From positions 62,001 to 126,000 of the forward strand of contig JBEWZL010000292.1 in NCBI GenBank assembly GCA_045837725.1: 64,000 bases of DNA, read 5' to 3'. A program made the position numbers and the translations under genes. Source of the stretch: Vermamoeba vermiformis (Eukaryota). Numbering within the stretch: the stretch's first letter is position 1; every line of letters starts with the position of its first letter. Positions 51,757 through 62,392 of the stretch are shown here, in pieces. Below the pieces are notes generated by a model. The model had not been told where the DNA came from. It searched no databases and saw only the letters and a program-made list of their open reading frames with translations.

Positions 51757-52929
51757 TCATTCTAAAATGACTACATCCAACGCATTGCCACGACGTTTCA
51801 TCCGGTACCGGATCGGTGTCTGTGATGCGAGACAATTTTCAATCACTCCGCGACTAACACTAAGCATGAGGCCATCAAGCCAAGTCGCCTCCACTTGCAC
51901 ATAACTGAAGATGTGTATCCAGAGCTCGAGTGGTAGCACGTGATGGTGGTGTTTGATGTTGATCATCAGCACACTCATCGGGGCCAATAGACTTCTTATT
52001 CGCACTAATTTGTTGTTACGTTCCATTATTCTGTCCACGAACGCTTCAAACTTGGTTGGAGTGCGTTCAATTTGTGGATTTCGTGCGGCACTGCTGATAA
52101 TGTCCAGCGACAATAGTGTTGTGTTGTGTTCCAAGCTTTCCTCTAACACATCGTACTCGCTATTGTCAGCAGCGAATATGTGGCGCAGTGTCGTGTTGAC
52201 TTTCAGCACGTTAGACAGGGCTTTAAAACCTTCACCTGACAAGTGACACCTGTCAATGCGCAGTATCTCGACGCTCGTGTTGGTCATTAAGCTGTCACAA
52301 AGGGCGATTAATCCTTCATCTTTGAATGAATAGCAGCGATTGACCGCGAGTTCTTTGATCGTGTTGTTGCTTTTAATTCCTCGACAGACGCTTTGCCACA
52401 ATAAGGAGGCTTCGGGAGCCATTGTGTCTATGCTCAAATACTGCAGGTTTGAACGTTCGATCAGTTTTTGTAAGGCGCCGCAAACACCAACATCGTCCAC
52501 GTCAGGTGAACTAACTGCCATAGAAAGAGCAACAAGATCTGGGTACTTCGCAGCGATAATATCGAAGAAAATTGGTATATCATCCTTGTGCATGCGTTCT
52601 ACTATAATACCGAGCTCAGATCTATTGCTCGTGTCAAGATCAAAAAATAGTTGTTCCAAAGTCAAACTGTTCTTTTTTGTATAAAACCCCTGAAAAATTG
52701 GGAGAATTTGATGCCGTTTTTGACTTATCCCCAGCGAATAAGGGTGCAGAAGCTGTGTGCCCTGAAAGCTAAATTAATTAAATGATTTACCGCATATGTT
52801 TATATATGATTGTCTTACTTGAATGGTGCATACTGGCGCTTCATTATCATCCTCATTTGTGCCTTTTTCGCTGTTCTACGCGCACGATTCAGTCACCGCA
52901 GAAAATTGAGACTTCTTTACCTGTCCCAT
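51757..52929 (-). CDS. RNI-like leucine-rich-repeat protein with a C-terminal F-box-like motif; 5' exons tentative (MGQ|NSEK...)
   Basis: NNTIKEL, NTSVEIL, NTTLRHI and NTTLLSL repeats; C-terminal VLPLELWIHIFSYV; two putative small upstream exons splice in frame. Confidence 0.7.
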
Positions 52930-53060
52930 TAGATGAACAGATCCCTACCCCAAGCCAACTAACAATATATTTCCTACTTTTTCTTTGTTGTGTCTTAATA
53001 AGGCGAGAACTTGAATACAAGTTCGGAAAAAATCAGGATTGTTGACGAACTTCGCGTCAT

Positions 53061-54983
53061 TTATTGCACGAGTAAAACTCCCATACAAGCAAGGCAAAAT
53101 ACAATCGTAGCACTAATGGTCGAGGAGGTCGATGTTGTGACTGAGTTAAGCGGAGCCTGAAGCGGCAGTGGCGAATTAGTGCTAGACGGTTCCTTGACTC
53201 TTTGAATAGTCACTGTTGCTATTGCCGCCGCTTGATTTCTGGACTTAACGACGTATTTGAAACTACCGCTCAACTGACCGTCGTTGAAAGTGAATGTGAC
53301 ACTGCTGCGGTCGATCTCTGCGTCCACTTTGCCACCTGTTGCTCCATACGCAATCACAAAAGTGACGCCTTCTCCAGAGGTGTGTTCGACAAACACAGAC
53401 GCGTCAATCGTGGTGACATCGAATGTAGTTGAAAGAGTGAAGTCATTCGCTATCGGAACGTCAAATGAAGGCGCAGAAGGAACACTATACAGCAGCGTGT
53501 CATTGTGCGCGTAATCAGTCGTTAAGTTGCCCACAGTAGTAATTTGGAGAATTCTTCGCGCATTAGTGTTCCTCGTCGATGTGAAAGTGTTGTTTGTGAA
53601 AAGCAGCTGGTCGGCTCCGTCGAACATGACGACTTGAATTCTCGTGGTGTTGAGCAACACGTCTGTCATTGTATTCGACACAAAGTTGACCACATTTTGG
53701 TTGTTGATACCAACAAAGGCGTTGTCCAGTGCAGTGTCAATTGAGTTGTCCATGAAGTGTAATTGTACGGCGTTGGAACTGACATAGACTGCAAGCGACG
53801 ATGTAGAGACGAATGTGTTGCCCGCTACAGTCACTTCGTTGTTCGGCTCTCCACTCAAGCGGAACAAGGGCCTGCACGCGTACATGACCACGTTATCTAC
53901 GAAGTTGATGTTCTCTGGTCGGACGTCTGCGTAGAGCGTTGAAATGTCCAATCCCATGGCAGGCAAAGTAGCGCTCGTGCAGTTACCGGTCTTGTACTGG
54001 GTCGCATAGTGGACCACATTTCTTCGGACTGTAGTGTTCGAAGGTGCCCAAGTATCGTGCCCCAAACCATTGTTCTTCTTCTCCGAGGCAAGCCAAATGC
54101 CAGCATTAATGCAATTCTCGACAAAATTGTCTTCAATAATGACATTATCGCCACCAATATTGGTCAGTCCTCGGCCCCACCATGCATTTTTCACAGTGTT
54201 GTTGGACACGAGAATGTTGTAGCATCGAGTTCCCGGATAATACGACACAACAGCTACGCCATCGTCCCCAGAGTTCTCGACCTTGTTGCCGCTAGTCGTG
54301 ATATCGTGTGCTGCGGCAGTGTGATGAATGGCATCGGCGTAAGTGAACTGCACGCTGTTGTTTGAAACAATGCCGTTCGAACAACCATAAATGAAAATTC
54401 CTCCCACTCCATGCACATTTGTAAGATCATAGACGTATCCTAGGGCAAGTCATCTCAGAACTTGTTGAACCACAATTAATTGTTTACCTTTTCCGGGCAA
54501 AGGTTCGACCCATATTGAGTCAACAGTGAAGTTATTGGCCTGGAAACACCAAACTGTAGCGGACCAAGGGACAGACTGACGGTCTTGATCCACACTCGTG
54601 AGCCGCAAATTAGACACACCGCTGTTCGAGTTGACAAGTTTAACTGCTGTCTTGTCGGAGACGTTGCCATGAAGCCAAGATCCGTATCCGTCGCCAAACA
54701 GATGAATATCGCTCACTTCTATGATGTCCGTATGAAGATAGAATCCAGCAGCGGCGGGAACGTAAACACGGGTCAGATCTGATCAGAAAAATTATTAGTC
54801 AAGGTAAATAAGTTACAAATCATATGTACTTCTTTGTCTGGCCGCAGCAAAAGCTGTTTTGAATGCACTGTCATTGGGCGTCATTGAATCCGCAACGGCA
54901 CCATAATCGGTGACAGACACAAAGTCGTCAAAGCCCTTCGCCAAAACGAGGAGCAGTGCAATACAAAATACCAGCTTGTGCAT
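53061..54983 (-). CDS. Secreted right-handed beta-helix protein (pectate-lyase-3/GH-like) with Ig/Big-like module and GPI-like tail; two introns
   Basis: Signal peptide MHKLVFCIALLLVLAKG, VSVTDYGAVAD..NDSAF, VFTFPP, ADAIH..NSGDDGVAVVSY, WGRGL..IGG, and an S/T-rich stalk ending IVFCLACMGVLLVQ*. Confidence 0.82.
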
Positions 54984-55182
54984 GCTTGATGAATTAACTG
55001 GAAGAGTAAAATTAATGGGACAGCGTGGATTACGCTCGCAAGAGAGATTTCAATTTTGACAGAATCTTAAGCTCGGAATTGGGATCGGAAGTCACATTTG
55101 GAAAAACAAATAGCTGCAATGACTATCCGTGAAAATTAACGGCGGCAAGGAATATAACATCTTATCTGTACCTTTTCATTGG

Positions 55183-55340
55183 CTTGGCACAAACAACTAC
55201 TTGCCGGTGGTACCATCCAGACCCTCGGGAACTGCGCCAGTGGTTGTGTTCTTCAATGCTACTACTCAACAAAGTGCTTTTTGTAGGGTCCTTCGACCGG
55301 CCACGCAAACGTTCTGTGGAGTTGAGGACTGCCCAGCACT
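55183..55340 (+). pseudogene. Decayed fragment of a paralog of the PKD gene at 55814
   Basis: LPVVPSRPSGTAPVVVFFNAT versus LSVVPSRTSGTAPLAVFFDAT, with DNA-level similarity. A frameshift precedes it, there is no intact signal peptide, and large deletions follow. Confidence 0.7.
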
Positions 55341-55813
55341 GTCTTTCTTCAACGAATGCTATTCTGTAGCAAATTTGTATGCAAGTTTGCGTTATGAATG
55401 ATTGCGCATGATCCAACAAACCCGATAAAGTTGCTTCCGTAATCACTTGGGTCATGATGCACATTCGTAAACAACGTTCAGGCCTTAACCAGAACATAGC
55501 AAGTTGTGGTATTCTGGGTGCATGTAGACGATAATTTTCGGGTTACTGAAAGACGACATGTCACCAATTGGCACGGAAAATTTTCTGTACAGAAAAGAAT
55601 TGTTTGTTATTAAATCTTTACACTTGGTCGCGATACTTACCCACTATTATTGTTGGTCATGCAAGCCGGAGCATATGGGCTGTACAGTAGTCTTCTTTTA
55701 GGATTTTGTGAACCGGGGCTGGACTGCTTACATGTCCGTTTGTGAACGATTTGTCCGAATCTTCCAAGAATAAATAGCCGAGGTGCACTCATGATTTCAA
55801 ATCAATCACAACT

Positions 55814-57454
55814 ATGAACATCATTACCATTTGTTCGCTATTCTTCGTGGTTTCTGTCGTGGCACAGACTCCATCGCTCTCAGTTGTACCATCCAGAACT
55901 TCAGGTACAGCTCCATTGGCTGTGTTCTTCGACGCTACGGGAACACGTCTGAGCAACAAAGATGCGTTTCGTGAGGTCACTTACACGTTCAACTTTGGTG
56001 ACCCCAACTCTGGCACTTGGCGCACAACTGGTCTATCGAAGAACAATCAGACTGGCGGTCCTCTCGCTGCACACGTCTACGACAATCCTGGAACTTACAA
56101 AGTCTCTGTTCGTGCCAGTGCTCCAGGCGGCTACTACCAAGACGCCACGCTCAACATCGTTGTGTTAAATCCAAATGTCACTTTTGCGGGAAACAAGACT
56201 GTGTGCGTGTCAGCGACTAGCAACTGGTCTGACTGCCCTGCCGGTGCACTGAGGAGAACGACTGTCCCGACGGGTACTGATTGGAATGGAAAGCGTTGGT
56301 TGTTCCGTCGTGGCGAGACATTCGATCAAGTCAACATCCAAGATGGCAATGCAAACGTGCTGGTCTCCGGCTACGGAAGCGGTGCAAATCCACAGTTCTC
56401 TGCAGTGCATGTCGGTGACTGGCGTCCAAACACTGCTAACTTCGCCAACGAGATCGTTGTCATGGGCCTCACTGTGAAGGGTCCTGGCATGACACAGTGC
56501 TTAGGCAAGCGAGTGCTCTTCTACAACAACAACATCACCACAACAACTGATGGCGCCATTGGCATTGGATTTGGCGAGCCAGGCTACTGGATCTTCGATG
56601 ACCCCTACAGATTCGTGCCTCAGAGTCAGTTCTACAACCCCACTGAGTTGTTCTTCGTTGATAACTACATTCGCGGAGACGTCTCTTCATCGCAAGGCAA
56701 CATCTACGGCAGCAGCTCTCGCACAGCTTTCATGGGCAACGATGCTGAAAGAAGCAAGTTCCATAACCTCCGCTGCACCAAGTGTTACAAAGTGTTCTTC
56801 GGCAACAACAGATTTGGCGGTGTATCTACCGATGGCGGCTATCACTCCTTAAAGCTGCATTCTCGTGGTCTCAATGACTCCTGGGTCTACAACGACAATG
56901 CAACGATCTCTGGCCCAGACTGGATCTCTCAGTACAACGTGATCGCCAACAACATCCTCAGCAGCGCACAAGACAACAATGTGTGGATCATGATGGTCTC
57001 GCCTCAGAATAGTAACTATCCTGAACGCATTGGAGATGTCATCGTTGAAAACAACAAGGTGTACAAGCATTCGGCTGATCAAGTTGACATCTTGCTGACT
57101 GGTCGTAACATCACTTATCGCAACAACAAGCGCACCGACGGATCCAATGTCGTCATATTGTTTAACGAGCACGGCGACGCCCTACCAGCAAGCTGGAAAG
57201 GTCCATATTTCAACGTCAGCACTCCCGTTGTTACCACACTAGCACTACAGGGCCCAGATGTGCCGCCCGTCAGTGGAGAAGCGTTAGTTCCGAGTGGAGA
57301 AGCGTCAGTTCCGAGCGACTCGACCTCAGAAGTCTCTCCTGTTGCTAATGCCCCCGTGGTCTCTCCCAGCGACGGATCAGCTGAGGTCTCCTCAGCGCCC
57401 GTGATCTCAGCTTTAGGCTGTGTGATTGTATCGTTGTTCGTTATCATCTTCTAA
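55814..57454 (+). CDS. Intronless secreted PKD-domain plus beta-helix-like protein with GPI-like tail, bacterial-like
   Basis: Signal peptide, SGTAPLAVFFDA, YTFNFGD..AAHVYDNPGTY (PKD), RWLFRRGETF, Asn-ladder repeats, S/P/E-rich stalk and hydrophobic C-terminus. Confidence 0.85.
   Translation: MNIITICSLFFVVSVVAQTPSLSVVPSRTSGTAPLAVFFDATGTRLSNKDAFREVTYTFNFGDPNSGTWRTTGLSKNNQTGGPLAAHVYDNPGTYKVSVRASAPGGYYQDATLNIVVLNPNVTFAGNKTVCVSATSNWSDCPAGALRRTTVPTGTDWNGKRWLFRRGETFDQVNIQDGNANVLVSGYGSGANPQFSAVHVGDWRPNTANFANEIVVMGLTVKGPGMTQCLGKRVLFYNNNITTTTDGAIGIGFGEPGYWIFDDPYRFVPQSQFYNPTELFFVDNYIRGDVSSSQGNIYGSSSRTAFMGNDAERSKFHNLRCTKCYKVFFGNNRFGGVSTDGGYHSLKLHSRGLNDSWVYNDNATISGPDWISQYNVIANNILSSAQDNNVWIMMVSPQNSNYPERIGDVIVENNKVYKHSADQVDILLTGRNITYRNNKRTDGSNVVILFNEHGDALPASWKGPYFNVSTPVVTTLALQGPDVPPVSGEALVPSGEASVPSDSTSEVSPVANAPVVSPSDGSAEVSSAPVISALGCVIVSLFVIIF
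57272..57313 (+). repeat. 21-bp tandem duplication (SGEALVP/SGEASVP) in the stalk
   Basis: AGTGGAGAAGCGTTAGTTCCG followed by AGTGGAGAAGCGTCAGTTCCG. Confidence 0.85.
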
Positions 57455-57497
57455 TAAAGATTTGTCGTCATTACTGAGAAAATCGATGTTGCAATCA

Positions 57498-59905
57498 TTA
57501 TTTACATTTGGTATCAAACAGAGTTGATCGAGGTCCAGAAGCTACAACAGGCAATGTCAAATTGGGCACTGGTGGCACCCAAGTCGAATTCAAATTGTTC
57601 TCCATGATACGTCTTTTCCTATGAGTCAAGGTTAGAATTTAAAAGCGCTCGAATTGGGTGTACTTACTGATCAGGTACACGTTGTCTCGAAGCATAATTG
57701 ATCTTCGAGGCTTCTGATTTCTGAGTTGGCGCAGACCGGTGTGACGGGCGTGGCTTACTATCAGGTTCACGTGGCTTGTTAACGCTGTGACTAGGCTCAA
57801 AAGATCTCGGCTTCGATGAAGGCACGCTGTCAGCTGAGCTTGAGACTGATATTGTATGGCTCGTATTGCCTTCAGTTGACCTTGGCTTAGGCACACTGTC
57901 GCTCGAGCTTGAGAACGAGAAATTGGCTTTCTTCATGACATCGCCGTTAAACTCGAATCCGCTCATCACGTCCAGGCCGTAGTGTAGTGCACCTCGAGCA
58001 CGCATGTTATTATCGTCGCTGATCAACACGACGTCGTCAGCAATATATGTCTGATAGTACAGTGCACAAAGCAATATGCGTTCGTCAGGAGACTCGGGTG
58101 CAACTTCACTGAGGGCGCTTGGACTCATCACTTCAGTTACTGATTGGCCGCGCACTTTGTCGCGACCTTGTGTTGCCAGGTATCGAATAGCATCACGTGC
58201 TGGCTGGCACTGCGGAGAATTTTTGCGTTCTTTGAGGTTATCGAGCTCCTTGGTGACTTGCATCGGAATAACAAACACGTGTGAAGTGTGCTGCACAGCA
58301 AACTTAAAGTCGAATAAGCGGCCAATAAGAATGCTCGTGTCAACAACCACATGCTTGACACCTTTGACACGTGTCAAATTAACGCTCTGTGACTTGCCAG
58401 TCAATAGAGGAATTGACGAGAGCTTTTGTTCGGCAAGGGCTTTTTCAGCTTCGGAGGCTTTGAGCTTTTCCTCGACTTTGAGGCTCTGATCTTCGAGCTT
58501 CATTTTCTCATTGCGTAAATTTGAGTTCAAATCCTCGTACTGCCTTTTCTTCTTCAGCAATTCAGTGCTACAATATGATCATTAGTAATCAATAATAGAA
58601 GTCATGCTAAGGCTCGTACTTGTGCGTTTTCAAGCTCGAGTTCTCCAACGTCAATTTTTTCAGCAGATTTTTAGTCTCTTCCAAGTCCCTCTTCAATCGC
58701 TCTTCAGCCAACAATTTTTCTTGAATGAGCTTTTGTTCAATTTGTTTCTCGAGCTCTTTCTTCTCTAGTGCTAATTTCTTCTCCATTTCTTTTCTTAATC
58801 GCTCCGTCTCTTCTTCTTTCAATCGCACTAATCGTTTCAGCTCTTCGTTCTCTTTAAGCAACTTGTTCTGTCGCTCAATTTCTTCCTGTCGCTTTTTCTC
58901 TTCTTCTTTCAGTTTCAATTCATCTTTTTCACGCTCTTTGTCTTTCATTTTTGCCTTTGACTCATCTTCGCGTGTCTTATTAGCATTTTCTTGCTTGCTC
59001 TTCTCGTCAGTTTTAGATTTGACGTCTTTGTCATTTCGATCCTTGAGTACTTCCTCCTTCGCTTTTTCTTTGTGTTTCTTCTCTTTTTCTTTCCTGTCCT
59101 TTTCCTCTTCTTTATCGCGCTTAGCAGTATCTTTGTTCTTGTCCGTTTCTTTTGTTTTGGCTGCCGTGTCTTTGGATTTTAATTTCTCTTTCAAGACTCG
59201 TTCTTCCTCTTGTTTCACAAGCGCGGCTTGTTTAATACGTTCTTCTTCCTCTTTTTGCTTGGCTAACGCGAGGCGCAGTCGTTCTGTTTCAGCTTTTAAT
59301 TTCTCAGCTTTCAGTCGCACTTTCTCGTCTTCTATTCGTACTTTTTCTTCTTTCTCTTCGATTTTCTTGTCTTGCTCTTTCTCTTTGACCTCTTCTTTCT
59401 TTTTTTCTGGCTCGTTACTCTTTGCTTTCGGCGGATCTGCTTTTTTGTTTGCCTCGCTTAATTTTGGTAGTTTTGCTCGACGTTTCCGAAATAACTCGAC
59501 AACCTTATTAACCTCCTCATCTATTAATAATACAAGAATTACTATCAATGTAGGAGGCCCGCCAAATGAAGTTGCCGCGCTTTTTCAAAAGATTTTCTCG
59601 ATCTGAGTTTCATTATTCAATGGTTTTAATTAATTATAATTAATTATAATTTTTTTACCACTATTATTGCTATCATTGCATTCACGGGCTAATGTTGTTA
59701 GCTCTTCCAACACGTCATCTGCCAATTTTTCGTAACGTGCTACTGCAAGCTTCGTTACCTCCTTATCTGCAATTGTTTATTAAATTAGAATATGAAAATT
59801 GGCTAGGCACTGTTTAATACCATCTAGAGATTTATTTTCGGGTTCCTCTTTGATCAAGATCTTCTCTATACGGAGGAATAGCGTCCGTCGGTTTAGTTTG
59901 GCCAT
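57498..59905 (-). CDS. K/E-rich coiled-coil protein with a C-terminal PIN (SWT1/SMG6-type) nuclease domain, multi-exon
   Basis: HVVVDTSILI, VIPMQVTKELDNLK, ARDAIRYL, PDERILLCALY and VLISDDNNMRARG (acidic PIN residues present). Confidence 0.82.
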
Positions 59906-60047
59906 ATTCAGCCGGAACTAAATTAATGAGTAATGTTGTGCTATCGAGATGGCTTTGTCAACTGGTAATAAGTATTTGGGCAAAGTCAGCTTGACGAAAT
60001 TTGACTAAATCATGCACTATCGGTGGGTTTATTTACATGTTGAGGTC

Positions 60048-62325
60048 CTAGACCTTATTTAGATGTTTGTACAAGTAAGTCGAATCTATACAACGCAGAT
60101 CTTGATCATCCAAGCTGCGGTAAAATAGAATGTACGCTGTGCTGGATGACTTAGACTCCATATTAAACAAATTCATTATTTCTTTTTCAGTTTTGAACGT
60201 CACTGTCTCGTCGTCGCAGTGGATCCAACTGTGCTCTTCTTTATTGTCGGATCCATTTCTGCTCGCTGGAGTGCTGAAAAAGTCGGTTCCAGGAATATGA
60301 CTATGATTACCGTGATCGTATTCGCCATCACCTTCATTGCTTGGCGTAGGTCGTTTGATTTTTAAATAGGAAAAGTAATGCCCATAAGACATGCTCGAGC
60401 CTTGGTGGAAAATAATGCCAAATAGCTCTATATGATACATAATCAGCACATTAGGTTAATAATAAAGAGTGCGTACCGTAAATGTTATTCCTTTCTTTGC
60501 AAGTCTTTTCGCACCACTGATCCAGTTTCAAATAGAGCGGGCTAGGAATGTGATGGTTGATCTTTTCAGTCGAGTACATTTCATGTCTGAATCTCTTCAA
60601 GTGGATCGTTAATATGCGCGGCAATGCACCAAACTTGGTCGATTTGACGGCCTGACAACAAACATATTACAACATTGCCGAATCAAAAAGAAACTATATA
60701 AACTATACCTCTGTGTGCGTACGACAGTTTTCGCACGAGTATTTATTATCGCCCCGTAATCTGTTAATAATAAGTTAATACCAAGTCAATTTCTATCAAG
60801 AAATTACTTACTGTTCACTGCTCGCAAACTGAGCGATCGACCACATCAAATTTTGACCCTTTTGAATCGTCAAGCTCAAATCTAAAAAGTTCTCGCTGCG
60901 CGCAGATACATTCTCGCACTCGAGACACTTGATCGAGTTCACTGAACAGCCTTGAAACAGTCGTTCAATGTAACTTAAACGTGTCTCAGGAGCTGGACTC
61001 GGCAGTGATTTCTTCAACGGTGATAAATATTTTGGTGTTGTATTGCCGCTGTTAGTGCCATTACTGTGACCGTTTTGTCCGTTCGGATGAGTTGTACCAT
61101 TACTCGCGACACATCCATTTTGACCATTGTCCAGGCGTTGCTTTTTAAACGGCGGTGCATCACCGTTGCTCGTGCTATTGTGGTACTCGTTGCCATAGCT
61201 TGTATGTCCGTGGCCATTAAATTCGTGACCATTGGTACTGTGTCCATTCTCCTCAACATCGCTCATCATGTCGCTGTAGGACCGCTTTCTTCTCTTAATG
61301 TGATTCTCTACTTCACTGAACACCTTCATGCACGTCTTGTCGGCATCGTCTAAATGACCGAGCACGACACGAATGAACTCTTGCACGTCTTGTTGTTCTG
61401 TGCCAGGCCCGAATTGAGGATCGATCGCTCTACAGTATGATTAGGCACCATTGATTATTAACAGTGAATACATACCCCAATGCCATCATGAGTGGCCTCG
61501 GTACAATGGCCGCGCCAATAGCTGTGTTCAAGTCTAGTTCGTGCTGTTGCGAGTACAAATGTGACAGTTTGTGATATCGTTCGTCCATCTCTTTGAACAG
61601 GTCTAAGAACTGATTGATGAGATGACGCGCTATATGCACGTGCGCCATATTCTTGTTATCGAACAGTGGCCGTCCAACAGCGGTCTCAGTGTCTATTGAA
61701 AATAGCGTAGTATTCATCGAATTTGCCGTGCGCAAATGGGTATGAAACTCTTTTGCGTGATATAAAACTTGGAGTACTGAATTGATATAGCATGTGTTGC
61801 CTAAATTATCGAGTCCTGGGAACGGTGCAACATGATTGGTCAGCACAGCTGGCGCAGATCGCGTTCGATCTCCATACGACAAAAATTTTCTTGGTCTGTT
61901 TTGAACCAGAGTTATTTAAATTTACAAATTATATTTGATACTTACGCAGGTGCTATTTGGCTGTTATTAAACGATTGTGCAGGAGGATCAGTGGCTTGCG
62001 ATCCAGAAAATAATGTCCTGCGTACAGGAGAGGGACCCTTTGTCAATTTAAAACTAAGTCGAGCTCTACTCGGGTTATTTAAATTTTGTGGTGATTTTTG
62101 GGCATCATTCTGCGACGTGGTGGTCGGTTCCACTTCCATTCGCTAAAATAAATCACGATCCAAGTTAATTTAGACATCCAAATTATTTCAGTAAGATTAG
62201 GTGATATTATTGTATACCTCTTCGGCGGGCTGGGTGGCATTATTTTCATTTTCTGGTGGATCTTGATCATCCGCGCCATAATTAGCTGCGATGAGTGCCA
62301 AGCCTCCAAGCTCGTTTTCAGCCAT
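60048..62325 (-). CDS. Ubiquitin-specific protease, USP1/USP12-46-like with large inserts, multi-exon
   Basis: FPGLDNLGNTCYINSVLQVLY, QQDVQEF, CLEC..ENFLDLSL, LRGDNKYSCENC, IHLKRF, HQGSSMSYGHY and CDDETV..AYILFY. Confidence 0.88.
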
Positions 62326-62392
62326 AACAAATTATTTTGTAATTATAATTTAATTGCTTTCATGGCAATGAATTGTTGTGTCGCTGTGATAT

